Notes: generated by a model from the sequence alone, not told the origin. A stretch of DNA of 32,000 nucleotides from Opitutales bacterium (GCA_965219535.1 CBDCNV010000002.1:1290001-1322000); one strand, 5' to 3'. Shown: positions 15,577 to 22,518, numbered from the stretch's first letter. Translations and numbers: made by a program.

Positions 15577-16674
15577 ATGAAATTCAGATCATTTTTAATA
15601 GCATTAAGCGCATTATCCCTATCCATGGGATCGATTACCAGCTACGCTGATGATGAAAGTCTGGGGATGTATATGCCTGACGGTCAGATCACCTCACGGG
15701 TAGTCAGGGTTTATCTCTATAATTGGGATTTGTCCTATGAGATGAATCCCCGTTTGGTCCTGGGAAAGCTGGGTAAGGCGGATAGTGAAAATGTCAGCGA
15801 TCGACTGACGGATAATGTTCAGTACTCCGCAATCGAAGTAATACCCGACCAGCGTTGGACGGAAACGAGAGAAGGAGAATCCTTTGAGCGGCAATCGCAC
15901 GGAACGGTGATATTGTTTGATCTATCAAAACAGAGTGTTCCGTTTTATAAACCGGGACAACGTTTCCTTCCGATTCTCCTATGGAATGAAAATGTGCAAC
16001 CGGGAAGAAAAGTAGACACAAAATCCCAAATCCAGGTGATCAGCAAAGAGGATGTCTATTTACGTGGTCGAGCGGGTATACTTATTTGGACTGTTCTCGT
16101 CCTTTTGATTTTTCTGGGAATTGTTTACCTGATCACAATGCGTGCAGAAAGGGGGATGCTAGGTATACTTTGTACCGCGAATGGCCGTATCTCTGTCGGG
16201 TTGACACAAATGGCCCTTTGGACACTTGTCGTCGGCGCGATGGTCCTTGGGTTTGGTTTGATGCAGCTGACGGTGCCAGAGATTCCTCTTACCTTGATCC
16301 TATTAATCGGAATGTCCTACGCCACGAGTGCAATAAGCCATTATCAAACGTATCGCTTGCAGCGTGTAGTGGCATCAGCAAGTCAAGAGCGTGAACCCCG
16401 TTTAAGTGACCTCGTATCGATACCCACTCTTATCACAACAGATAAAGGCGACGCGAAGGAAACAGAAGACCAGTCTCTCGCGAAAGCACAATTGCTGTTT
16501 TGGACCGTTTTCACCTTAGTCATTATAGCAATGAAGACTATTGCTGAAGGTCAATTATGGGCGATCCCGGAGACCTTGGTGTTTTTAATGGGATTCAGTC
16601 AGATTGGCTATTTAGCCCGTAAAGAAATGTCATTGTGGGTCGCACGAAAAGACACCATTCCAGATACTCAATAA
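15577..16674 (+). CDS. Membrane protein of unknown function (signal peptide, ~150-aa extracytoplasmic domain, 4-5 TM segments)
   Basis: 365-aa ORF. MKFRSFLIALSALSLSMGSITSYA signal-like N-terminus. Hydrophobic segments ILIWTVLVLLIFLGIVYLI, LWTLVVGAMVLGFGLM, LTLILLIGMSYA, LLFWTVFTLVIIA, LVFLMGFSQIGYL. No family recognised. Confidence 0.7.
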   Translation: MKFRSFLIALSALSLSMGSITSYADDESLGMYMPDGQITSRVVRVYLYNWDLSYEMNPRLVLGKLGKADSENVSDRLTDNVQYSAIEVIPDQRWTETREGESFERQSHGTVILFDLSKQSVPFYKPGQRFLPILLWNENVQPGRKVDTKSQIQVISKEDVYLRGRAGILIWTVLVLLIFLGIVYLITMRAERGMLGILCTANGRISVGLTQMALWTLVVGAMVLGFGLMQLTVPEIPLTLILLIGMSYATSAISHYQTYRLQRVVASASQEREPRLSDLVSIPTLITTDKGDAKETEDQSLAKAQLLFWTVFTLVIIAMKTIAEGQLWAIPETLVFLMGFSQIGYLARKEMSLWVARKDTIPDTQ

Positions 16675-16679
16675 AACAA

Positions 16680-16738
16680 GAAAACCGGGAAGGCTGGAAA
16701 CCAGATAACCAGAAGACCGGAAAACCGGAAAACCAGAC
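16680..16738 (+). repeat. 8-nt-period array, GGAAAACC class (7 units)
   Basis: gaaaaccg ggaaggct ggaaacca gataacca gaagaccg gaaaaccg gaaaacca, starting 6 nt after stop 16674. Confidence 0.7.
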
Positions 16739-16793
16739 TAAGAGAAAGAGGATATGGAAGAAGTTTAATACCCAAATTCGCATTCAAGCATTT

Positions 16794-16827
16794 CCTTTTT
16801 GACCTTTTGACCTTTTGACTTTTTGAC
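16794..16827 (+). promoter_or_regulatory. Leader array (CTTTTGAC class, exact 8-nt period, 4 units) upstream of start 16837
   Basis: GAC ends at 16803, 16811, 16819 and 16827. 9-nt spacer ttcttattg to the ATG. Confidence 0.75.
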
Positions 16828-16836
16828 TTCTTATTG

Positions 16837-17610
16837 ATGCATGAAGGAAAACTTTTAAGCGACAAGCTGAAATCCGGCGATATCTGCCTGGGCATTTTCA
16901 ATACCTCGAGTGATCCCTGTATCACTGAGCTACTCAGTGGCTCAGGGTACGACTTTATTATTATCGATGCTGAGCACGGTGCACTTAATATCGAGACCGT
17001 ACAGGCTAATATCATGGCGACGATGGGTAGTAACACGGTTCCGCTGGTTCGCGTGCCGATCAATGATGAAGCTTATATTAAGCGTTTGCTTGACGCAGGA
17101 GTGGGTGGGATTCTTGTGCCCCAGGTTCGCAACGCTGAGGATGTTAAGCAAGCGGTTGCTGCCTGTCTTTACCCGCCGGAAGGTATTCGCGGGTTCGGAC
17201 CGCGTCGACCTGCCAACTACGAGCGTAATTATGCCGAGGTTGCCGAATCGGCTAACGATCATATTGTAGCCTGGGTCCAGATCGAAAACATGGGAGCTGT
17301 AAATGAGATCGAAGAGATCGTCCGCACTCCGCATCTTTCTGGAGTTATTATTGGTCCCAATGACCTCGCGGCATCGCTGGGGGTAATTTTTCAGAAAGAA
17401 CATCCGACGGTTCTTGAAGCCATCCAGAAAGTGAAAAGTGCCGCACACGAGGCAGGCATGCCCGTGGGAATGGCGGGGACTAAGGATCCGGAGGGTGCTA
17501 TCGGATGGATCAAGGACGGTTTTCAATTCGCGACGCTGAATAATACAAATGGCCTCCTCATGCGGGCCAGCCAGGATTTCATTGCCAGGGTGAAAGAGGG
17601 AATCGCTTAA
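16837..17610 (+). CDS. HpcH/HpaI-family class II aldolase (2-keto-3-deoxy-sugar-acid aldolase, YfaU/LRA4-like)
   Basis: ORF track starts at TTG 16834; ATG 16837 preferred. Motifs FIIIDAEHG, LVRVP, PQVRNAEDV, IENMGAV, IGPNDLA. Confidence 0.85.
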   Translation: MHEGKLLSDKLKSGDICLGIFNTSSDPCITELLSGSGYDFIIIDAEHGALNIETVQANIMATMGSNTVPLVRVPINDEAYIKRLLDAGVGGILVPQVRNAEDVKQAVAACLYPPEGIRGFGPRRPANYERNYAEVAESANDHIVAWVQIENMGAVNEIEEIVRTPHLSGVIIGPNDLAASLGVIFQKEHPTVLEAIQKVKSAAHEAGMPVGMAGTKDPEGAIGWIKDGFQFATLNNTNGLLMRASQDFIARVKEGIA

Positions 17611-17612
17611 TC

Positions 17613-17647
17613 AATTGCCGATTGCCGATATGCGATTTCAGATTGAA
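17613..17647 (+). repeat. 7-nt-period array, GATTGCS class (5 units), starting 2 nt after stop 17610
   Basis: aattgcc gattgcc gatatgc gatttca gattgaa. Confidence 0.6.
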
Positions 17648-17708
17648 CCGTGAGAGGATATCCTGATGGTTTTTTACATAATTACATTTCCTTATTTACG
17701 CAGATCCA

Positions 17709-17739
17709 TTTTGACATTCTGACCTTTTGACATTTTGAC
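17709..17739 (+). promoter_or_regulatory. Leader array (TTTTGAC/TTCTGAC, exact 8-nt period, 4 units) upstream of start 17750
   Basis: GAC ends at 17715, 17723, 17731 and 17739. 10-nt spacer tcttccttac to GTG 17750. Confidence 0.7.
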
Positions 17740-17749
17740 TCTTCCTTAC

Positions 17750-18913
17750 GTGAAGATTAAAGAAATCAGGACTGTAGATTTAAAAATACCGGTCGCTCAG
17801 CCAAAAACAAAACCGAGCCGCCCTGCCTGGAGAATGTCAGCGCCTCGTAATCTACCTCTTAAAAAGTATCCTGAATTTTCCCAGAGCGATAATGCTGTTC
17901 CCGGCATGGATGAGAACCCGGTCTGGGTCCAGGTAGTCGCCGAGAACGGCGAATGGGGACTTGGCTTTTCAGGCTTTGGCGCAGTGACCGCAGTGGTAAT
18001 CGACGGCGTCTTTGCCCCTTTGTTAAAGGGACGTGACTGCATGGCGATTGAGTTTTTAAACGATTTGATGTGGAGGTCTATTCTGCGTCTGGGTTCCGAG
18101 GGGCATGCGGCGATTGCGCAAAGTGGAGTAGACCTGGCATTGTGGGACCTCAAAGGGAAATTACTGGATCAACCCGTCTACAGCTTGCTCGGGGGACCCA
18201 GCCGGGATAAAGTGCGTCTGTATGCGACGACTGACGACCTCGATTGGGCGCAGGAGCTGGGCTTCACCGCATTCAAAGTGAGCAATCCCGCTCATTATGA
18301 CAGCGGTATTGAGGGACTCAACAAGCTTGAGGAAAAAGTAGCGCGTGCCCGAGAGACTGTGGGTGTGGATGCCGAACTGATGCTCAATCCGGTAATGGCT
18401 TACAACGTGGAATTCGCGATCCAGGTGGCTGAGCGCCTGCGGCCCTACCGACTGCGCTGGCTGGAGGAGCCACTGAAGCCAATTGATTTGCGCGGTCATA
18501 TCGAACTGAAAAAGGCTGTTCCTTGGATGCCGATTGCCACCGGTGAGGACCATCACGGGCGGCACGCGTTTCTCGAGTTAATTGAAAATCGGTGTGTGGA
18601 TGTGGTTCAACCCGACATCAACTGGTGCGGTGGGTTGTCGGAAGCGGTTAAAATTTATGCCATCACGGAAGCTGCAGGATTGCAGACGAGTCCACATAAG
18701 GCTGGCTCGACGCCTTTTGGTCAGCACTTCGCCATCGCCATGCCCGAATCATCATTGGCTGAGTTCTGGCTCGAGACTGACCCTGGAATTCCTTTGGACG
18801 AGTTAAACCCCATTCCCGGTATGGCTGTCCCCAGGGACGGCTATGTCGTGCCATCACAGGCCCCTGGATTCGGTATGGAAATTGCAGAAGACTGGATTCT
18901 ACCGAGAGACTGA
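17750..18913 (+). CDS. Enolase-superfamily (mandelate racemase/muconate-lactonizing, RhamD-like) sugar-acid dehydratase homolog
   Basis: The ORF-track TTG 17735 lies inside the repeat array. GTG 17750 gives MKIKEIRTVDL, matching paralog MKIKSIRAVNV (25862). Motifs DLALWDLKGK, RLRWLEEP, ATGEDH, QPDINWCGGLSE, PHKAG. Asn replaces the expected first Mg ligand (LMLN versus LMLD). Confidence 0.8.
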   Translation: MKIKEIRTVDLKIPVAQPKTKPSRPAWRMSAPRNLPLKKYPEFSQSDNAVPGMDENPVWVQVVAENGEWGLGFSGFGAVTAVVIDGVFAPLLKGRDCMAIEFLNDLMWRSILRLGSEGHAAIAQSGVDLALWDLKGKLLDQPVYSLLGGPSRDKVRLYATTDDLDWAQELGFTAFKVSNPAHYDSGIEGLNKLEEKVARARETVGVDAELMLNPVMAYNVEFAIQVAERLRPYRLRWLEEPLKPIDLRGHIELKKAVPWMPIATGEDHHGRHAFLELIENRCVDVVQPDINWCGGLSEAVKIYAITEAAGLQTSPHKAGSTPFGQHFAIAMPESSLAEFWLETDPGIPLDELNPIPGMAVPRDGYVVPSQAPGFGMEIAEDWILPRD

Positions 18914-18972
18914 AAATAAGCTTTATGATTTTCTGATTGCTCGAATGATAAAATCAAATTGAGAATGGAAAA

Positions 18973-19824
18973 ATGAAACGATTAGAAAACAAAGTTGCTA
19001 TTATTACGGGTGCGTCACTAGGGCTAGGTAAAGCGGCCGCCCTGCTTTTCGCTAAAGAGGGTGCTTCTGTCGTCATCTGTGATCGCGGACGAACGCCGGA
19101 GAATGCTGAAAAAGTGCTCAAGGAAGCGGAAGGTCTCAGTGGTGAAATTGCTTACAAAAAATGTGATGTCCTAATCAAGGACGATATTGTCGCCCTCGTT
19201 AAATTTACTTTGGAGCGCTTTGGAAGAATTGATGTCATGGTTAACAATGCCATCGTCGATACGAATATGGGGATGTTGGAAGAGATTGAATTGGATGATT
19301 GGGAGGACACGATTTTTTGTCATATGACCGCGCCTCTAATCTTTTGTCAGGAGGTGATGCCAACAATGATCAAGCAGGGAAGTGGGAGTATTATTAATGT
19401 GTCTTCACATATGGCGCTTGTCGGTAGCAGCAATATTTCCTCCTATGGCCCAGCCAAGGCGGGCATGATCAATTTTACCAAATCGATAGCGGTTACTTAC
19501 GGCCCCTACGGGATTCGTGCGAACTCACTTACGCCCGCCCGCATGCTTACAGAAAAAAAACATGATATGCTCAGGGGTAGTCCATCGTCAGTCAGAATAC
19601 AGAAAACTGCGTATCCCACGGGCAGTCCAGCTCAACCCGAACAGGTTGCTGATGCCATGCTCTTTTTGGCTTCCGATGAATCAGCTGCAGTTACGGGACA
19701 TAATCTGATCACCGACCGGGGCCTCACCGCTCAGTGTCCCTCTGTCCCTGTTGGCCGAGGTGAAGCGAATTTAAAAGAGGAACTGGCCGCGCAGGGATCG
19801 GAGTGGTTAAAGAGTGAGTTATGA
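18973..19824 (+). CDS. Short-chain dehydrogenase/reductase (SDR)
   Basis: 283-aa ORF. TGASLGLGKAAA (TGxxxGxG), NNAIV, S...YGPAKAG (YxxxK). The 59-nt gap from the upstream gene has no arrays, so co-transcription is likely. Confidence 0.9.
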   Translation: MKRLENKVAIITGASLGLGKAAALLFAKEGASVVICDRGRTPENAEKVLKEAEGLSGEIAYKKCDVLIKDDIVALVKFTLERFGRIDVMVNNAIVDTNMGMLEEIELDDWEDTIFCHMTAPLIFCQEVMPTMIKQGSGSIINVSSHMALVGSSNISSYGPAKAGMINFTKSIAVTYGPYGIRANSLTPARMLTEKKHDMLRGSPSSVRIQKTAYPTGSPAQPEQVADAMLFLASDESAAVTGHNLITDRGLTAQCPSVPVGRGEANLKEELAAQGSEWLKSEL

Positions 19825-19834
19825 TGTCAATGAG

Positions 19835-19874
19835 GATATGCGTGAAAGCGAAAATGTGTAAATGCGATAATGGG
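19835..19874. repeat. 8-nt-period AATGCG-class array after stop 19824
   Basis: gatatgcg tgaaagcg aaaatgtg taaatgcg ataatggg. Confidence 0.55.
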
Positions 19875-19924
19875 GATTGATAGTTGATTAATCCTAACGG
19901 TTATATCTTTCTCTCTTGCAACTG

Positions 19925-19966
19925 CTGAACCCTGAACCCTGAACCCTGAACCCCGAACCCTGAACT
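19925..19966 (+). promoter_or_regulatory. Heptamer tandem array (CTGAACC)x6 ending 3 nt before ATG 19970
   Basis: ctgaacc x4, ccgaacc, ctgaact, then atc ATG. Confidence 0.75.
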
Positions 19967-19969
19967 ATC

Positions 19970-21109
19970 ATGCCTGACACACCTTCAAAACAGAATCGCT
20001 ACCCGTTGCGCGCGGTGCCTGGATACTTCGGTAGCCATCCCGGTATCCAAATCGGCGCCACAACAACACCCCTGGCCGATGACGAGGAATTGCAGATCTT
20101 TCAACAACTTGGCGTTGAATGGGTGATGCTTAAAGTCCCAGATGAATCGCTGCACAGTGTGGCCAATTACAAGAGTTGGAAAGAACGGTTCGCCCGCTAC
20201 GACATGCAAATCTACCGTATCGGGAGCCACTGGCACAACATGGCGGCAGTTACGCTCGGCCTCAAAGACTGTGATCGCATGACGAATGATTACATAACTC
20301 ATATCCGCAATCTCAGTGCTGCCGGTATCTACTACACGACCTACGCGCACATGGCTAACGGTATCTGGTCCTCTGGTAAGGCCACCGGACGCGGCGGCAG
20401 CCAGGCACGCACGCTGGACCTCGATGTCGCCCGTGCAAAGTGGGAAGACTGGGGCTTCGAAGGAGAGGTTCCCAATGGGGTCCGTGGACAGTGGGATCAC
20501 TGGAGGCTCGAAGGAGAGGTACCGCATGATCGGGAATTCACGGAAGATGAATTGTGGGACAACTACGAACGATTCATGCGCAAGGTGGTGCCAGCCGCGG
20601 AAGAAGCGGGTGTCTACATCGGTATGCATCCCGACGATCCGCCAGTCTACACCCTCGGCGGTGTGCCGCGCTGCATTCTGGGTAGCTTCGCCGGTTATCA
20701 GCGTGCACTTGAGATTGCCGACAGCCCAAATATCGGGGTTTGCCTCTGCGTCGGCTGCTGGCTTGAAGGCGGTGCGAAAGGAATGGGAGTCGACGTCCTG
20801 GAAGCAATCCGAATATTTGGGCAGCAGGGTAAGATTTTTAAGGTCCACTTCCGCAATATCACTAATCCGATGCCCGAACCCTGGCGGGAGACGATGATGG
20901 ATGAGGGTTACATGGACATGACGAAGGTAATGGCTGCACTGCAGGAAGTCGAGTATGACGGCTGCGTCATTCCCGATCACATTCCCGAGATGAGCAGCCC
21001 AAAGTGCGGAGAGAATGGAGGCACTCAGGCTGGACTTGGATTTTCTATCGGCTATATGCGCGCCATTGCAAATGCGGATCTGCGAGATGTCGGGCAAAGC
21101 CCTCGGTAG
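19970..21109 (+). CDS. UxuA (mannonate dehydratase)-family / xylose-isomerase-like TIM-barrel sugar-acid dehydratase (paralog 1)
   Basis: 379-aa ORF. VVPAAEEAGVYIGMHPDDPP..GVPRC, FKVHFRN and CVIPDHIPEM parallel E. coli UxuA segments [32 protein letters not shown] and IPMRPDHGHQM (from memory). Confidence 0.75.
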   Translation: MPDTPSKQNRYPLRAVPGYFGSHPGIQIGATTTPLADDEELQIFQQLGVEWVMLKVPDESLHSVANYKSWKERFARYDMQIYRIGSHWHNMAAVTLGLKDCDRMTNDYITHIRNLSAAGIYYTTYAHMANGIWSSGKATGRGGSQARTLDLDVARAKWEDWGFEGEVPNGVRGQWDHWRLEGEVPHDREFTEDELWDNYERFMRKVVPAAEEAGVYIGMHPDDPPVYTLGGVPRCILGSFAGYQRALEIADSPNIGVCLCVGCWLEGGAKGMGVDVLEAIRIFGQQGKIFKVHFRNITNPMPEPWRETMMDEGYMDMTKVMAALQEVEYDGCVIPDHIPEMSSPKCGENGGTQAGLGFSIGYMRAIANADLRDVGQSPR

Positions 21110-21110
21110 C

Positions 21111-21166
21111 GATTGCAGAATGCGGATTGAGGAATATCGATTATCGATCGTCGATTGCAGATTGAT
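21111..21166 (+). repeat. 7-nt-period array, GATTGCR class (8 units), starting 1 nt after stop 21109
   Basis: gattgca gaatgcg gattgag gaatatc gattatc gatcgtc gattgca gattgat. Confidence 0.7.
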
Positions 21167-21225
21167 CCCTATGGATACCCTCTCATTCATCCAGCCTTCC
21201 ATACTACCAATGTTTCAGCTATCAT

Positions 21226-21281
21226 CTGAACCCTGAACCCTGAACCCTGAACCCTGAACCCTGAACCCTGAACCCTGAACC
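21226..21281 (+). promoter_or_regulatory. Perfect heptamer tandem array (CTGAACC)x8, 34 nt upstream of ATG 21316
   Basis: 56 nt of uninterrupted ctgaacc units. Confidence 0.8.
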
Positions 21282-21315
21282 CCGCCTGTCCTGAGCTTAG
21301 CCGAAGGAAATACTC

Positions 21316-22386
21316 ATGCATGACTCATTATCTCAAGAAAAACAATACCCTTTGCGCGCAGTGCCGGGTTTTTTCGGCAGTCATCCTGGTATCCAGATCG
21401 GGACTACGGTGTCACCCTTGGTTGACGATACTGAATTACAGCAGCTTCAGCAGTTGGGCGTCGAATGGGTGATGCTTAATGTTCCCGATCAGTCGCTGCA
21501 CTGCGTAGCCAATTATAAGAGCTGGATTGAGCGGTTCGCTCGTTACGATATCCAAATCTACAGTATCCTTAACCACGACGTGCACAATATGGAAGCAGTC
21601 ACGCTCAATCTTGAGGACTGCGATCGCAAGACTGAAGAGTTCAACATTTTCATCCGTAATCTCGGTGCCGCCGGGATCTACTACAAGACCTACGCACACA
21701 TGGCTACCGGAATCTGGTCATCCGACTCTACCACTGGACGTGGTGGTATAAAAGCGCGCACCCTGGATCTAAGCAATGCGCGGGGGTACTGGGACGAGAA
21801 GGAATTTGAAGGTGAACTGCCTCACGGACGGATCTACACCGAAGACGAGTTGTGGGACAATTATGAGAGGTTTATGCGCAAGATAGTGCCAGTCGCAGAA
21901 GAGGCTGGTGTATTTATCGGTATGCATCCCGACGACCCCCCGGTTTACGCACTTGGCGGTGTGCCTCGCTGTATATTGGGTAACTTCGCCGGTTATCAGC
22001 GTGCGCTGGAGATCGCTGACAGCCCAAACATTGGCGTTTGCCTTTGCGTCGGTTGCTGGCTCGAAGGAGGCGAGAAAGGAATGGGTGTCGATGTGCTCGA
22101 AGCGATTCATGCCTTCGGAAAGCAAGGCAAGCTCTTTAAGGTCCACTTCCGCAATGTCACCAATCCGATGCCCGAACCCTGGCGCGAGACCTTGATGGAT
22201 GAGGGTTACATGGACATGACGAAGGTAATGGCTGCACTGCAGGAGGTCGAGTTTGACGGCTGCATCATTCCCGATCACATCCCCAAGATGAGTGGCGATG
22301 GGGGGTTACAGGCCGGACTCGGTTATTCGATCGGTTATATGCGGGCGCTGGCGAATGCTGATTTCGGAATGCGGATTGCGGATTGA
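21316..22386 (+). CDS. UxuA-family sugar-acid dehydratase (paralog 2)
   Basis: 356-aa ORF collinear with 19970-21109. It lacks the 17-aa internal duplication of paralog 1. Its last codons (FGMRIAD stop) are encoded by GATTGCR-array units. Confidence 0.75.
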   Translation: MHDSLSQEKQYPLRAVPGFFGSHPGIQIGTTVSPLVDDTELQQLQQLGVEWVMLNVPDQSLHCVANYKSWIERFARYDIQIYSILNHDVHNMEAVTLNLEDCDRKTEEFNIFIRNLGAAGIYYKTYAHMATGIWSSDSTTGRGGIKARTLDLSNARGYWDEKEFEGELPHGRIYTEDELWDNYERFMRKIVPVAEEAGVFIGMHPDDPPVYALGGVPRCILGNFAGYQRALEIADSPNIGVCLCVGCWLEGGEKGMGVDVLEAIHAFGKQGKLFKVHFRNVTNPMPEPWRETLMDEGYMDMTKVMAALQEVEFDGCIIPDHIPKMSGDGGLQAGLGYSIGYMRALANADFGMRIAD

Positions 22387-22387
22387 T
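22360..22387 (+). repeat. GATTGCR-class array (4 units) overlapping the 3' end and stop codon of 21316-22386
   Basis: gatttcg gaatgcg gattgcg gattgat. The TGA stop (22384-22386) lies inside the last unit. Confidence 0.65.
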
Positions 22388-22446
22388 ACCGGGCAAATTT
22401 ATCCTGGCTGTTTCCATATTCACACTTACTCGCATTTATCATTAAG

Positions 22447-22468
22447 CCTTCGACCTTCGACTTTTGAC
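22447..22468 (+). promoter_or_regulatory. Leader-type array (CTTCGAC CTTCGAC TTTTGAC), 50 nt upstream of ATG 22519
   Basis: GAC ends at 22454, 22461 and 22468 (7-nt period). Confidence 0.5.
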
Positions 22469-22518
22469 ATTCAGCTACAACCTGCCTATGATTAATGTTA
22501 AATCAACCTGGGTAAATT

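Noticed and set aside
16794-16827. TTGAC(A/C/T) units as sigma-70 -35 boxes (TTGACA) of ordinary promoters.
   Set aside because: The arrays end only 9-11 nt from the start codon, leaving no room for a -10 element plus leader. A leaderless arrangement would need a -10 hexamer at about -12 to -7, which the spacers do not consistently provide. The reverse-complement arrays after stop codons also argue against a simple promoter role. A contribution of the distal units to promoters is not fully excluded.
16595-17063. ORFs translated through intergenic repeats: 16595-16783, 16668-17063, 25881-26159, 25889-26137, 28378-28665, 30504-30896, 30802-31065, 7824-8021.
   Set aside because: All run through tandem arrays or REP hairpins, giving low-complexity or palindrome-derived peptides. 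They overlap better-supported genes or their leaders, and have no motifs.
19985-21202. 405-aa antisense ORF covering the whole UxuA-like paralog 1 on the minus strand (plus several 60-190-aa shadow ORFs in 19970-22386).
   Set aside because: It mirrors a gene with strong family motifs on the + strand. Its translation is low-complexity (Arg/Ala/Gly/His-rich) with no recognisable motif, and its 5' end runs through the GATTGCR repeat array. This is a typical shadow ORF.
19925-21281. CTGAACC (= TTCAGGG-type) and TTAGGTG/TTTTAGGT units resemble eukaryotic telomere-like heptamers.
   Set aside because: They are internal, short and flanked by typical intron-free bacterial genes on both sides. There is no contig end or linear-replicon terminus here.
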